Assembly (NCBI RefSeq): GCF_965227365.1
Contig: NZ_OZ245754.1
Coordinates: 2,462,777-2,526,776 of the forward strand
DNA from: Hwanghaeella sp.
GTDB lineage: Bacteria > Pseudomonadota > Alphaproteobacteria > UBA8366 > Aestuariispiraceae
Length of the DNA: 64,000 nt
Direction: 5' to 3'
Under the pieces are notes generated by a model that was given only the letters and a program-made list of their open reading frames with translations, had not been told where the DNA came from and searched no databases. Positions 37,774-46,698 of this stretch are shown here, one piece after another. The stretch's first letter is position 1. Every line of letters starts with the position of its first letter. The position numbers and the translations under genes were made by a program.

Positions 37774-38613
37774 ATGATGACGGCCGAAACAGCGAGCATT
37801 GACGAGTTGAAAGCCCGTTATGCCGCATTGAAAGAAACAGGGCAGAAGGAAGGCGAGTTCGAGGCCAGATTGGCCGGCGCCCCTGCAGCGCCCGTGACGA
37901 TCCCGGAAAACAGGATATCGAAACAGGAAACGGTCCCCGGCGGCTGGTATTGGACCACGACCGTGAAGCGCGGGCAGACGCTGCGCATCGTGAATTCGCA
38001 CGCCACGCCCGGTATCGCCCTGCAGATCTGGAACCAACACGACCCGTCCGAACGGTTCAATTCCGCCGATACGATCAAGGTTCAGTGGACGGCGCGGATC
38101 GGCAAGGGCCGTGTGCTGTTGTCCGATATGGGCCGGGTCTTGATGGCGATTACCGAAGACACCTGTGGTTATCATGACTGCGTCGCCGGACACTCGACGG
38201 CAATCACCAACGAAAAGAGTTATGGTTCGGGCACCCTAAGGAACAGCCCTGTCCCGGTGCGCAACAGCCGCGATAACTTCCTGATCGCCGCCGCGAAACT
38301 GGGGCTCGGCAAGCGGGACGTCCATCAATCCTTTTGCGCCTTCGCCCCCGTCGAGACGGGCGAAGAAGGCGCCCTGACCTGGAAGGACGGCGCCCTGAAA
38401 GCCGGCGATTTCATCGATCTGCGCGCGGAAATGGATTGCATCCTCTGCCTGTCGAATTGTCCCCATCCACTGGCACCGGGCGGGAGTTACGATCCTCAAC
38501 CCGTTGCCGTGACCATCTGGGATGCGGGCCCGGTCGCCGAGAATGATCTGTGCCGGACCGGAACCGCGGAAGCGGTCCGCGCCTATGAGAATACGGACCC
38601 GCTTTTCGACTGA
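37774..38613 (+). CDS. urea-carboxylase-associated DUF1989 protein 1 (carboxyguanidine deiminase subunit-like)
   Basis: ATG 37774 after GAGGGAG SD. Motif RGQTLRIVN...ERFNSADT...DTCGYHDCVAGHS. The upstream part of the ORF-track frame covers the riboswitch and is not coding. Confidence 0.8.
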   Translation: MMTAETASIDELKARYAALKETGQKEGEFEARLAGAPAAPVTIPENRISKQETVPGGWYWTTTVKRGQTLRIVNSHATPGIALQIWNQHDPSERFNSADTIKVQWTARIGKGRVLLSDMGRVLMAITEDTCGYHDCVAGHSTAITNEKSYGSGTLRNSPVPVRNSRDNFLIAAAKLGLGKRDVHQSFCAFAPVETGEEGALTWKDGALKAGDFIDLRAEMDCILCLSNCPHPLAPGGSYDPQPVAVTIWDAGPVAENDLCRTGTAEAVRAYENTDPLFD

Positions 38614-38681
38614 GTCCCTTGGATATGCCGATGCGCGGCGGGCGCGGAACGACCCGCATGACCGCCGCCGGGAGATGAAAC

Positions 38682-39323
38682 ATGACCACATTGAGCAACC
38701 TGCAACCGGACACCGCCAAACAACGCCTTAAAGTGCCGGCAAACGCCCCCTTCTCCGCCATCGTGAAGAAGGGGCAGACCATTCGCATCGTCGACAGTTT
38801 CGGCCAACAGGCCGTCGACACCCTATTCTACAACGCCGCGGATACGGACGAGCGCTATTCCGCGCATGACACGGTCGCCGCCCAAGGCGCCGCCTATATC
38901 ACCACCGGATCCAAGGTGCTTTCCAACGAAGGCAACCTGATGTTGACGGTAACCGCGGATACGGTCGGCTATCACGACACATCCGCCGGCGCGTGTTCGG
39001 TTGAATCGAACACGGTTCGCTTCGGCCACCACACGCGCTTCATGCATGCCTGTCGCGAGAACTTCGTTCTGGAAGCCGCGAAATACGGCATGGACAAGCG
39101 AGACATCGTTCCCAACATCAACTTTTTCATGAACGTCCCGATCGAGCCGGACGGCAATCTCGCCATCGTCGACGGCTTGTCGGAACCCGGCAACTATGTG
39201 GAGTTGAAGGCCGAGATGGATGTGATCTGCCTCATCTCGAACTGTCCGCAGGTGAACAATCCCTGCAACGGGTTCAATCCAACGCCGATCGAAATCCTGA
39301 TCTGGGATCGAGAACCGGCATGA
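38682..39323 (+). CDS. urea-carboxylase-associated DUF1989 protein 2 (carboxyguanidine deiminase subunit-like)
   Basis: 213 aa. Motif KGQTIRIVDSFGQQAVD...ERYSAHDT...DTVGYHDTSAGACS. 4-bp overlap with the carboxylase gene. Confidence 0.8.
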   Translation: MTTLSNLQPDTAKQRLKVPANAPFSAIVKKGQTIRIVDSFGQQAVDTLFYNAADTDERYSAHDTVAAQGAAYITTGSKVLSNEGNLMLTVTADTVGYHDTSAGACSVESNTVRFGHHTRFMHACRENFVLEAAKYGMDKRDIVPNINFFMNVPIEPDGNLAIVDGLSEPGNYVELKAEMDVICLISNCPQVNNPCNGFNPTPIEILIWDREPA

Positions 39324-42300
39324 TCAACAAAGTCCTCATCGCCAACCGGGGAGAGATCGCCGTCCGGATCATCCGGACCTTGCGGGAAATGGGTCTCCCC
39401 TCGGTGGCTGTCTATTCCGACGCGGATCGCCACGCCGCGCATGTGCGTCTTGCCGATGAAGCGGTTCGGATCGGTCCCGCGCCCGTCACGGACAGTTATC
39501 TAAACCGTGATGCGATCCTAGCCGCCTGCAAACAGACCGGGGCGGACGCGGTTCACCCGGGTTATGGGTTCCTGTCGGAGAACCCGGATTTCGCCGAAAG
39601 CCTGGAAGCGGAAGGGATCCGGTTCATCGGGCCGACGCCGGACCAGATGCGCATTTTCGGTCTGAAGCACAGCGCCCGCGAAGCGGCCGAGAACAGCGGT
39701 GTGCCGCTGCTGCCCGGCAGCGGATTGGTCGATACGCTGGAAGAAGCGAAGGCGGAGGCAGAACGGATCGGCTATCCCGTCATGCTGAAAAGCACCGCGG
39801 GCGGCGGCGGTATCGGCCTGCAATTATGCGAGAGGGCAGAGGATCTGCCGGAACTGTTCGAAACCGTCAGACGGCTCGCGAGGTCCAACTTTTCCGATCC
39901 GGGCATCTTTATCGAAAAATACATCGCCCATGCCCGTCATGTGGAAGTGCAGATCTTCGGCGACGGCAAGGGCCACGTCGTGTCTCTCGGCGAACGTGAC
40001 TGCTCCCTGCAGCGCCGGAACCAGAAGGTCGTCGAGGAAACGCCCGCCCCGAACCTGCCGCAAGCCACCAGGACGGCCCTGATCGATGCCGCTCTATCCC
40101 TCGGGCGGTCCGTCGATTACCGGTCAGCCGGAACGGTGGAATTCATCTATGACGGCAAGGCGGACGAATTCTACTTTCTGGAGGTGAACACCCGCCTGCA
40201 GGTCGAACATCCGGTCACCGAATTGGTCACCGGCGAGGACCTGGTATCCTGGATGGTGAATCTGGCGGCGGACAAGATGGACCTCGCCGCCTATCCCGAC
40301 GTACTGCCGGTGCGCGGCGCGGCCATGGAGGTGCGCGTCTATGCGGAAGACCCGGGCAAGGGATTTCAACCTTCCGCCGGACCGCTCACGCATGTCTCTT
40401 TTCCCGAAGGCGTGCGCGTAGACAGCTGGATAGAGACCGGGTCCGACGTTTCCATGTATTACGACCCGATGCTGGCCAAGGTCATCGTTCATGCGGACAC
40501 CCGGGACGCGGCGGCGGATGCCCTTTCCGACGCGCTGCGGAAATCGGCCATCTACGGCATTGAAACAAACCTGGCCTATCTCAGGGCGATTTCGGAAAGC
40601 GCCATGTTCCGTGCCGGCCATGTCTTCACGAAGGCGCTCGACCGGTTCGACTTCACGCCCAATACCGTCGACGTTCTTGCCCCCGGAACCCATTCGGCAC
40701 TTCAGGATTGGCCGGGACGGGTCGGTTTTTGGGATGTCGGTGTCCCTCCGTCGGGCCCGATGGACGCACTGAATTTCCGGCTGGCCAACGCCTTGCTCGG
40801 CAACGCGCCCGACGCCGCCGGACTGGAAATGACAATGACCGGGCCGACATTGCGGTTCAACCGCGATGCCGTCATCGTGCTGACCGGTGCCGACTTTCAT
40901 GCGAAGCTCGACGGCGACCCGGTCGATTGTTACCGACCAATCTCTATCCATCGCGGTCAAACGCTCAGTCTTGGCAAGGCCGGGGACGGCGGCGTTCGCG
41001 CCTATCTGGCGGTCGCGGGCGGGTTCGATGCGCCGCTCTATCTGGGCAGCCGTGCGACCTTCGATCTGGGCGGCTTCGGCGGACACGCCACCGGGAACTT
41101 GAAAAGCGGCGATGTCCTGCGTCTGACGGATAAGGCGGATGCCCCGGTTCTTCGCGGCGCCCTGCCCGGATCTCATTGGCCGCACTTGCCCGACGATTGG
41201 GAAATCGGCGTGCTTTACGGTCCACATGGCGCGCCGGACTTTTTCACGGATTCGGATATCGAAATCCTGTTCTCGACGCCCTACGAAGTCCATTTCAACA
41301 GCGCCCGCACAGGTGTCCGCCTGATCGGCCCGAAACCCGCATGGGCAAGGCCCGATGGCGGTGAAGCCGGTCTGCATCCATCGAACATCCACGACAATGC
41401 CTATGCCGTCGGGGCCATAGACTTCACCGGGGACATGCCGATCATTCTCGGCCCCGACGGTCCCAGCCTGGGTGGGTTCACCTGTCCCGCCGTCGTCGCC
41501 AAGGCCGAGCTTTGGAAGATGGGACAGTTGCGGCCGGGTGACCGTGTGCGTTTCAAGCGGCTGGCCCTGGCGGAAGCCGAAGCGCTCGAGGAACAGCAGG
41601 AAGCGTTCCTGAACGCCTTGTCCTTCGGCCGGGATGTCGAGCAGGCAGCCCCGCCCTCGCCCAGCATTCTGAAAGCATCCGGGCTGCGGGAGGACGCGGT
41701 CGTCGCCCGCGACGAAACGAATGGTATCGAGATTTGCTACCGCCGGACGGGTGAAGACTTCCTGCTCGTCGAATTCGGCGAACAGGAACTGGACCTGGAT
41801 CTCCGCGTAAAGGCCCATTTGTTGATGCAACGCATCCAGGCCGAAGAAATGGACACCGTCATCGACCTGACGCCGGGTATACGGTCGCTGCAAGTCCATT
41901 TCGACAACCGCCGGGTCAAGCCGAGCGATATGCTCGCCAAACTGCGCGAGTTCCAGAGCGACCTGCCGGCGCTGGACGATGTGATACTGCCGAGCCGGGT
42001 GGTCCATATGCCTTTGTCCTGGGATGACGAAAGCACGCGGATCGCGACGAAACGCTACCAGGACCTGGTCAGGCCCGATGCGCCCTGGTGCCCCTGGAAC
42101 ATCGAATTCATTCGTCGCATCAACGGGCTGGACAGTGTTGACGACGTCAAGAAGGTCGTTTTCGACGCAGATTACATGGTTCTGGGTTTGGGGGATGTCT
42201 ATCTCGGCGCGCCCGTCGCTACACCTGTCGATCCCCGCCATCGCTTGGTCACCACAAAATACAATCCGGCCCGCACCTGGACGCCACAAAACGCGGTCGG

Positions 42301-42946
42301 GATCGGCGGCGCCTATATGTGCGTTTATGGCATGGAAGGGCCTGGTGGGTATCAATTCGTCGGGCGTACCGTTCAGGTCTGGAACACCCATCGCCAAACC
42401 GGGAATTTCAAAGAAGACAAACCCTGGCTTCTGCGTTTCTTCGACCGCATCAAGTTTTACCCCGTCACCAACGAAGAACTCACCGAAATGCGTGACGGCT
42501 TCCTGCATGGAGAAGCGGAACTGAAGATCGAGGACGGCACATTCGACCTGGCCGAGTATCACCGGTTCCGGGCACAAAATGCGACGTCGATCGAGACCTT
42601 CCGAAGCAGGCGTCAAGCCGCCTTCGACGAAGAACGCGCGCGCTGGGAAGCGCAAGGGATCGCGGCCATTGTCGATGAAACCGATCTGGCGCCGGAACCG
42701 GTCGGCGTTGATCTGGCCGACGGCGCCATGCTGATCGAAGCACCGATGAACGGGTCGGTTTGGAAAGTCTCTGTCGAAATCGGTGATCGCATTTCCGCCG
42801 GCGACAAGGTCGCCGTCCTGGAAGCCATGAAGACAGAAATCGCTGTGGATGCAACGCAGGACGGGCACATCACCGATATCCTGTGCAAGCCGGGACAGAT
42901 CGTCCGGCCGGGTGACCCGCTGCTGGTCATTCAAACGGAGGCTTGA
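39320..42946 (+). CDS. uca: biotin-dependent urea/guanidine carboxylase
   Basis: 1208 aa. N-terminal biotin carboxylase (KVLIANRGEIAVRIIRT, MLKSTAGGGGIGL), central KipA/KipI-like carboxyltransferase domains, and a C-terminal biotinyl motif VLEAMKTEI. Confidence 0.92.
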   Translation: MINKVLIANRGEIAVRIIRTLREMGLPSVAVYSDADRHAAHVRLADEAVRIGPAPVTDSYLNRDAILAACKQTGADAVHPGYGFLSENPDFAESLEAEGIRFIGPTPDQMRIFGLKHSAREAAENSGVPLLPGSGLVDTLEEAKAEAERIGYPVMLKSTAGGGGIGLQLCERAEDLPELFETVRRLARSNFSDPGIFIEKYIAHARHVEVQIFGDGKGHVVSLGERDCSLQRRNQKVVEETPAPNLPQATRTALIDAALSLGRSVDYRSAGTVEFIYDGKADEFYFLEVNTRLQVEHPVTELVTGEDLVSWMVNLAADKMDLAAYPDVLPVRGAAMEVRVYAEDPGKGFQPSAGPLTHVSFPEGVRVDSWIETGSDVSMYYDPMLAKVIVHADTRDAAADALSDALRKSAIYGIETNLAYLRAISESAMFRAGHVFTKALDRFDFTPNTVDVLAPGTHSALQDWPGRVGFWDVGVPPSGPMDALNFRLANALLGNAPDAAGLEMTMTGPTLRFNRDAVIVLTGADFHAKLDGDPVDCYRPISIHRGQTLSLGKAGDGGVRAYLAVAGGFDAPLYLGSRATFDLGGFGGHATGNLKSGDVLRLTDKADAPVLRGALPGSHWPHLPDDWEIGVLYGPHGAPDFFTDSDIEILFSTPYEVHFNSARTGVRLIGPKPAWARPDGGEAGLHPSNIHDNAYAVGAIDFTGDMPIILGPDGPSLGGFTCPAVVAKAELWKMGQLRPGDRVRFKRLALAEAEALEEQQEAFLNALSFGRDVEQAAPPSPSILKASGLREDAVVARDETNGIEICYRRTGEDFLLVEFGEQELDLDLRVKAHLLMQRIQAEEMDTVIDLTPGIRSLQVHFDNRRVKPSDMLAKLREFQSDLPALDDVILPSRVVHMPLSWDDESTRIATKRYQDLVRPDAPWCPWNIEFIRRINGLDSVDDVKKVVFDADYMVLGLGDVYLGAPVATPVDPRHRLVTTKYNPARTWTPQNAVGIGGAYMCVYGMEGPGGYQFVGRTVQVWNTHRQTGNFKEDKPWLLRFFDRIKFYPVTNEELTEMRDGFLHGEAELKIEDGTFDLAEYHRFRAQNATSIETFRSRRQAAFDEERARWEAQGIAAIVDETDLAPEPVGVDLADGAMLIEAPMNGSVWKVSVEIGDRISAGDKVAVLEAMKTEIAVDATQDGHITDILCKPGQIVRPGDPLLVIQTEA

Positions 42947-42949
42947 GGC

Positions 42950-43207
42950 ATGATGCCTGACGCACCGAAAACGACAATGTTCGAACTGAGCCTGGACAGT
43001 TTGGCCGTGGCGATTGTCGTCGAGGCCTTTGGCAGTTTTGCCGAGCTGATCCCACGGCAGCTGGGTATCGGCACAGAGGCCCTGGCAAACGGACTGCAGG
43101 TCAAAGGTTTCATCTGCGAACCGACTGGTATCGCAGCCGCAACCGAGATCACGCAATATGGCCGATGGCGATCCTATTGCGCGGAAACTGCCGCCTGGAG
43201 TGCATAA
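42950..43207 (+). CDS. 85-aa ORF matching only the C-terminal domain of allophanate hydrolase (remnant or stand-alone domain)
   Basis: FGSFAELIPRQLGIGTEALANGLQVKGFICEP...EITQYGRWRSY resembles the AtzF/DUR1,2 AH C-terminus. GGAGG SD present. Occupies the slot where full-length AH normally follows the carboxylase. No amidase-signature domain is present. Confidence 0.5.
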   Translation: MMPDAPKTTMFELSLDSLAVAIVVEAFGSFAELIPRQLGIGTEALANGLQVKGFICEPTGIAAATEITQYGRWRSYCAETAAWSA

Positions 43208-43273
43208 AAGCACAAGACCAAAACCAATTGGCACGGAGAAATAGCGTTTACAGAACCGAACAGGAGCGCCGCC

Positions 43274-44350
43274 ATGGAACTGCCGAAGTATGATGCTAAC
43301 GCCGCCATCCGCCCGACCGATGTCCGCAAGGGCACCGGCTATGCGGCAGAGCGCATCGATTTCGATAGCATCCCCATCGTCGATATCGGTGCGGCGATCA
43401 ACGGAGATCCGGACGGCAAGCAAAGGGCCGCGGCGGCGTTGAGAGAGGCCGCCGCGAATGTCGGTTTCTTCTACATCAAGAACCACGGCGTCCCCGACGA
43501 CGTCATCAGCAAGGCGCAAGCGGCCGCGGATCGTTTCTACGGACTGCCAATAGCGGTGAAATCGCAATACGACGTTGCCAAGGCGAAACGCCACCGGGGC
43601 TATGTTCCGGTCGGCGGTCTCAGCGCCGATCCGACCACTTCCGACCTGCAGGAAGGATACGAGGTCGGCCTGGAAGTGCCTGAGGACGATCCCGACTATC
43701 TATCCGGCAATCCACTGTTCGCGCCGAACAACTGGCCGGCGGAACTACCGGAATTCCGGGCCGACATCTATGCCTATTTCGAAGAGATGATGAAACTCGG
43801 CCGCACGATGTACCGGCTGTTCGCGCTGGCGGTCGGCATGCCGGAAGACTATTTCGACGACAAGGTGACCAAGCCCTGCGCGCAGCTGCGTGTGATGTAC
43901 TACCCGGAGACGGACCCGAAAGACAGCGCGGTCGGCATCGGCGCCCATACGGACTACGAAAGCTTCACTGTGCTCTACCAGTCGGAATCCGGACTGCAGG
44001 TACAGAACCGCGCCGGCGCCTGGATCGAAGCCCCGCCGATCCCCGGTACCTTCATCGTCAACATCGCCGACATGATGATGCGATGGACCAACGAACTTTT
44101 CGTGTCCACACCGCACCGCGTGATCAATACGTCCGGCAGGAAACGCTTCTCCCTGGCGCTGTTCTTTGCGGCTGATTACGACACGGTGGTGGAGTGCCTG
44201 CCTAGTTGCACGAATGCTGACAATCCGCCGAAATATCCGCCGACGCATTTCGGATATTGGATCGAAAACATGCATTCCTATTCCTACGCTTATCGCTGGG
44301 ACGAACGCGGCAAACTGCCGAACCCGGAACTCACGGACACGAGAGGCTGA
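43274..44350 (+). CDS. 2-oxoglutarate/Fe(II)-dependent oxygenase, isopenicillin-N-synthase/EFE family (paralogue B)
   Basis: 358 aa. GIGAHTDYE ... PHRV and RFSLALF. By eye roughly 40% identical to the 34105-35160 product. Confidence 0.85.
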   Translation: MELPKYDANAAIRPTDVRKGTGYAAERIDFDSIPIVDIGAAINGDPDGKQRAAAALREAAANVGFFYIKNHGVPDDVISKAQAAADRFYGLPIAVKSQYDVAKAKRHRGYVPVGGLSADPTTSDLQEGYEVGLEVPEDDPDYLSGNPLFAPNNWPAELPEFRADIYAYFEEMMKLGRTMYRLFALAVGMPEDYFDDKVTKPCAQLRVMYYPETDPKDSAVGIGAHTDYESFTVLYQSESGLQVQNRAGAWIEAPPIPGTFIVNIADMMMRWTNELFVSTPHRVINTSGRKRFSLALFFAADYDTVVECLPSCTNADNPPKYPPTHFGYWIENMHSYSYAYRWDERGKLPNPELTDTRG

Positions 44351-44378
44351 GCCCCGCCCCATTTGAAAGGAACGAGCT

Positions 44379-45281
44379 ATGATCCAGAATCCCATTCCCT
44401 GGCCGAACGGCGCGAAATGCGCCTGCGCGATCACCTTCGATATCGATGCCGACAGCTTGATCCATGTGGCACGGCCCGGCGACTCCCATAACCGCCTATA
44501 CCCGATCAGCATGGGGAAATACGGTCCCGACGTCGCCATTCCACGAATTCTGGAGACCTACAAGCGGCTTGGCATCAAGCAGAGCTTCTTCGTCCCCGCC
44601 TGGTGCATCGACCAATACGCGCCGGTGATGGAGAAGATCCTGGAAGGCGGCCACGAGATCGGCCATCACGGGCTTATTCATGAAGACCCGATCGAGACGA
44701 TGGGCCCGCGTCAGCGCGAAGCCTTCGAAAAGGCGCTTTCAATCCATCGGCGCGTGTGCGGCGGCAAGCCCAAGGGTTATCGCGCCCCGGTCTATAACAT
44801 TACGCCGCAAGTCGTGGATCTGTTGATCGAACATGGCTTCGCCTACGACTCTTCCCTGATGGGGGATGATATCCCCTATCTACTGGAGAAGGACGGCAAC
44901 AGCATCGCGGAAATCCCGGTGCATTGGGGCTGCGACGACTGGCCCCCCTTCGCGCATTACGAGGAAATCGGTTACATGATGCATGTACAGCCGCCATCGC
45001 TCGGCTATCAGGGTTTCTGGGAGGAATTCGAGGCCCAGTATGAAGCCGGCGGTTTCTTCATGATGATAGTACATCCCTTCCTGACCGGCCGCCTCGCGCG
45101 GTGGCGGGTTGTCGAAAAGTGGTTGGAAAACACCTTGGAGACGAAGGATGTCTGGTTCGCCAGACTGGACGAAATCGTCGACTACGTCCGCAGCCTGGAA
45201 AAGGCCGGCACCTATACCCCGCGCAAGGATCTGCTTCCCTACTATCCCGAACAGGTAAACCGGGCCGAAGCAGCGGAATAA
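44379..45281 (+). CDS. polysaccharide deacetylase family protein (PuuE-allantoinase-like size and architecture)
   Basis: 300 aa. NodB-like motifs (TFDIDADS, GHEIGHHG, YRAP). Confidence 0.78.
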   Translation: MIQNPIPWPNGAKCACAITFDIDADSLIHVARPGDSHNRLYPISMGKYGPDVAIPRILETYKRLGIKQSFFVPAWCIDQYAPVMEKILEGGHEIGHHGLIHEDPIETMGPRQREAFEKALSIHRRVCGGKPKGYRAPVYNITPQVVDLLIEHGFAYDSSLMGDDIPYLLEKDGNSIAEIPVHWGCDDWPPFAHYEEIGYMMHVQPPSLGYQGFWEEFEAQYEAGGFFMMIVHPFLTGRLARWRVVEKWLENTLETKDVWFARLDEIVDYVRSLEKAGTYTPRKDLLPYYPEQVNRAEAAE

Positions 45282-45298
45282 CTCCGATCAACCGGAAA

Positions 45299-45327
45299 GA
45301 CCCGCCGCGGATTTCTCCGGGCGGGTC
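45299..45327. terminator. GC-rich hairpin between convergent genes
   Basis: GACCCGCC-loop-GGCGGGTC. The minus-strand reading is followed by TCTTTCC. Confidence 0.45.
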
Positions 45328-45360
45328 CCATCCTGTCAAACCGCTTTGGGAACCGTGCCG

Positions 45361-45912
45361 TTACGCGGCGCGCCCGGCCGGTTCGACTTCCGGGAAGTCG
45401 ATCGGAGTGCCGAACACTTCGTTAACATAGTTGGTCAGCGTGTTCAGCGCGACATGCACAACGATTTCCACCAGTTCCGCATCCGAGAAACCGGCGTCGC
45501 GAACCGCCTGCACGTCGGTAGCGGTGACATCGGCCCGGGAAATCGCGACTTTGCGCGCGAAGGCCACCGCGGCTTCCGCTTTCGGGTCTGAAGAACGGCC
45601 CCGGCGGTTCGCCTCAATTTCAATCGCATCCAGCTTCAGCATACCGGCAATCGCCGTATGGGCAGCGTTGCAGTAGTTGCAGCCATTCACATTGGCGATG
45701 GCAAGCGCGATGCGTTCGCGGGTCCGGGCATCCAGCGCGCCCTTGCCGAGAGCCTCGCTCAAGGAGAGCGTTCCTTCCAACGCCGCCGGACTGTTGGCGA
45801 TAAGCTTGTAGAGGTTCGGTGCGAAACCGATCTTCTTTTCCACTGCTTGCAGCAGGGGTTGGGAAGCCGCAGGGGCGCTGGCGACGTCAGCGGGCAAATT
45901 TACGTTCAACAT
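45361..45912 (-). CDS. carboxymuconolactone decarboxylase / AhpD-like family protein
   Basis: 183 aa with AhpD-type CxxC (NGCNYCNAAH). Confidence 0.83.
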   Translation of the reverse strand: MLNVNLPADVASAPAASQPLLQAVEKKIGFAPNLYKLIANSPAALEGTLSLSEALGKGALDARTRERIALAIANVNGCNYCNAAHTAIAGMLKLDAIEIEANRRGRSSDPKAEAAVAFARKVAISRADVTATDVQAVRDAGFSDAELVEIVVHVALNTLTNYVNEVFGTPIDFPEVEPAGRAA

Positions 45913-46082
45913 TTCTCATTCCTTTCGTGGTTTCTGTAACAGAGGTCCAGGTTGATATTCAGGTTAGGCTTTCTCGCGGGGTTATTCGGCCGGTCAGCCG
46001 CCTTTCGGGTCCCGCATTGACTGACCGTTGTACCGGTGCACCGGGTGACCTTTTTCGGACTCGGTCCTCGGAGCGCCGAAAT

Positions 46083-46454
46083 TCACTTTTTTGTCCCAAG
46101 GCTCGGCCGTAATTCGAACTGGGCCGACAATTCACGTTCCCCTGACAAGGCCCGTATGCAGACATGACGCGGTGTCGCTTTCGACCCGCCGGACAATTGC
46201 TCGATCGCCATCACCATCACGGACCGTTCTGTCGGCTTACAAACGCCACCGCCGGTTTGCGGTCTTCCAATGTCGGCGGCAGTGACCTCGGTTCGGATTC
46301 TATCGATCGGGACCGGGGCCGTTTGAACGACCCTCACTTCCTCAACCTCCGCGCCAAACCAGTCCGCATCCCATAACTGCTCCACCGCCGACCCGGCGGC
46401 GAAGTCCAACGCCAAGGTCAACGCCGTCAACGCTCCTTTAGACATCAGGTTCAT
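46083..46454 (-). CDS. hypothetical small protein
   Basis: ATG 46454 is preceded by a strong SD (GGAGAGGG). 123 aa, no family recognised. Coding status uncertain. Confidence 0.35.
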   Translation of the reverse strand: MNLMSKGALTALTLALDFAAGSAVEQLWDADWFGAEVEEVRVVQTAPVPIDRIRTEVTAADIGRPQTGGGVCKPTERSVMVMAIEQLSGGSKATPRHVCIRALSGERELSAQFELRPSLGTKK

Positions 46455-46520
46455 GTCCCTCTCCTCTCTCAGACCCGCCTCGAACTCCCCCGTCCAAAGG
46501 CTCCAGCGTTTCGTTTCTGC

Positions 46521-46578
46521 AAACATTAACTGATCGGTTAATCTCATATGCTAAACATTAACCGTTCTGTCAATGTTT
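46521..46578. promoter_or_regulatory. candidate TetR operator cluster
   Basis: AAACATTAAC direct repeat (46521-30, 46553-62). Palindromes ATTAACtGATCgGTTAAT (46525-42) and AAACATT-N12-AATGTTT (46553-78). Confidence 0.4.
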
Positions 46579-46698
46579 GTGGTTCGGAAAACGACTGACG
46601 TTTTCGTGATCACAAGCCTTTTCCTTGTTTTCTTGAAACTTTCTGCCATATGTTGACCCGGAAACGGGAAAACCGTTCGGTAATTGTGAAGAGCGAAA

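Noticed and set aside
43229-43246. TTGGCAC...AATAGC, a possible sigma-54 promoter before oxygenase B
   Set aside because: The GG-to-GC spacing is two bases too long and the -12 box is poor. Read-through from the riboswitch operon is more likely.
40124-43594. 1156-aa ORF on the minus strand
   Set aside because: It is antisense to the urea/guanidine carboxylase, which has unambiguous biotin-carboxylase and biotinyl motifs. The antisense translation has no recognisable domains.
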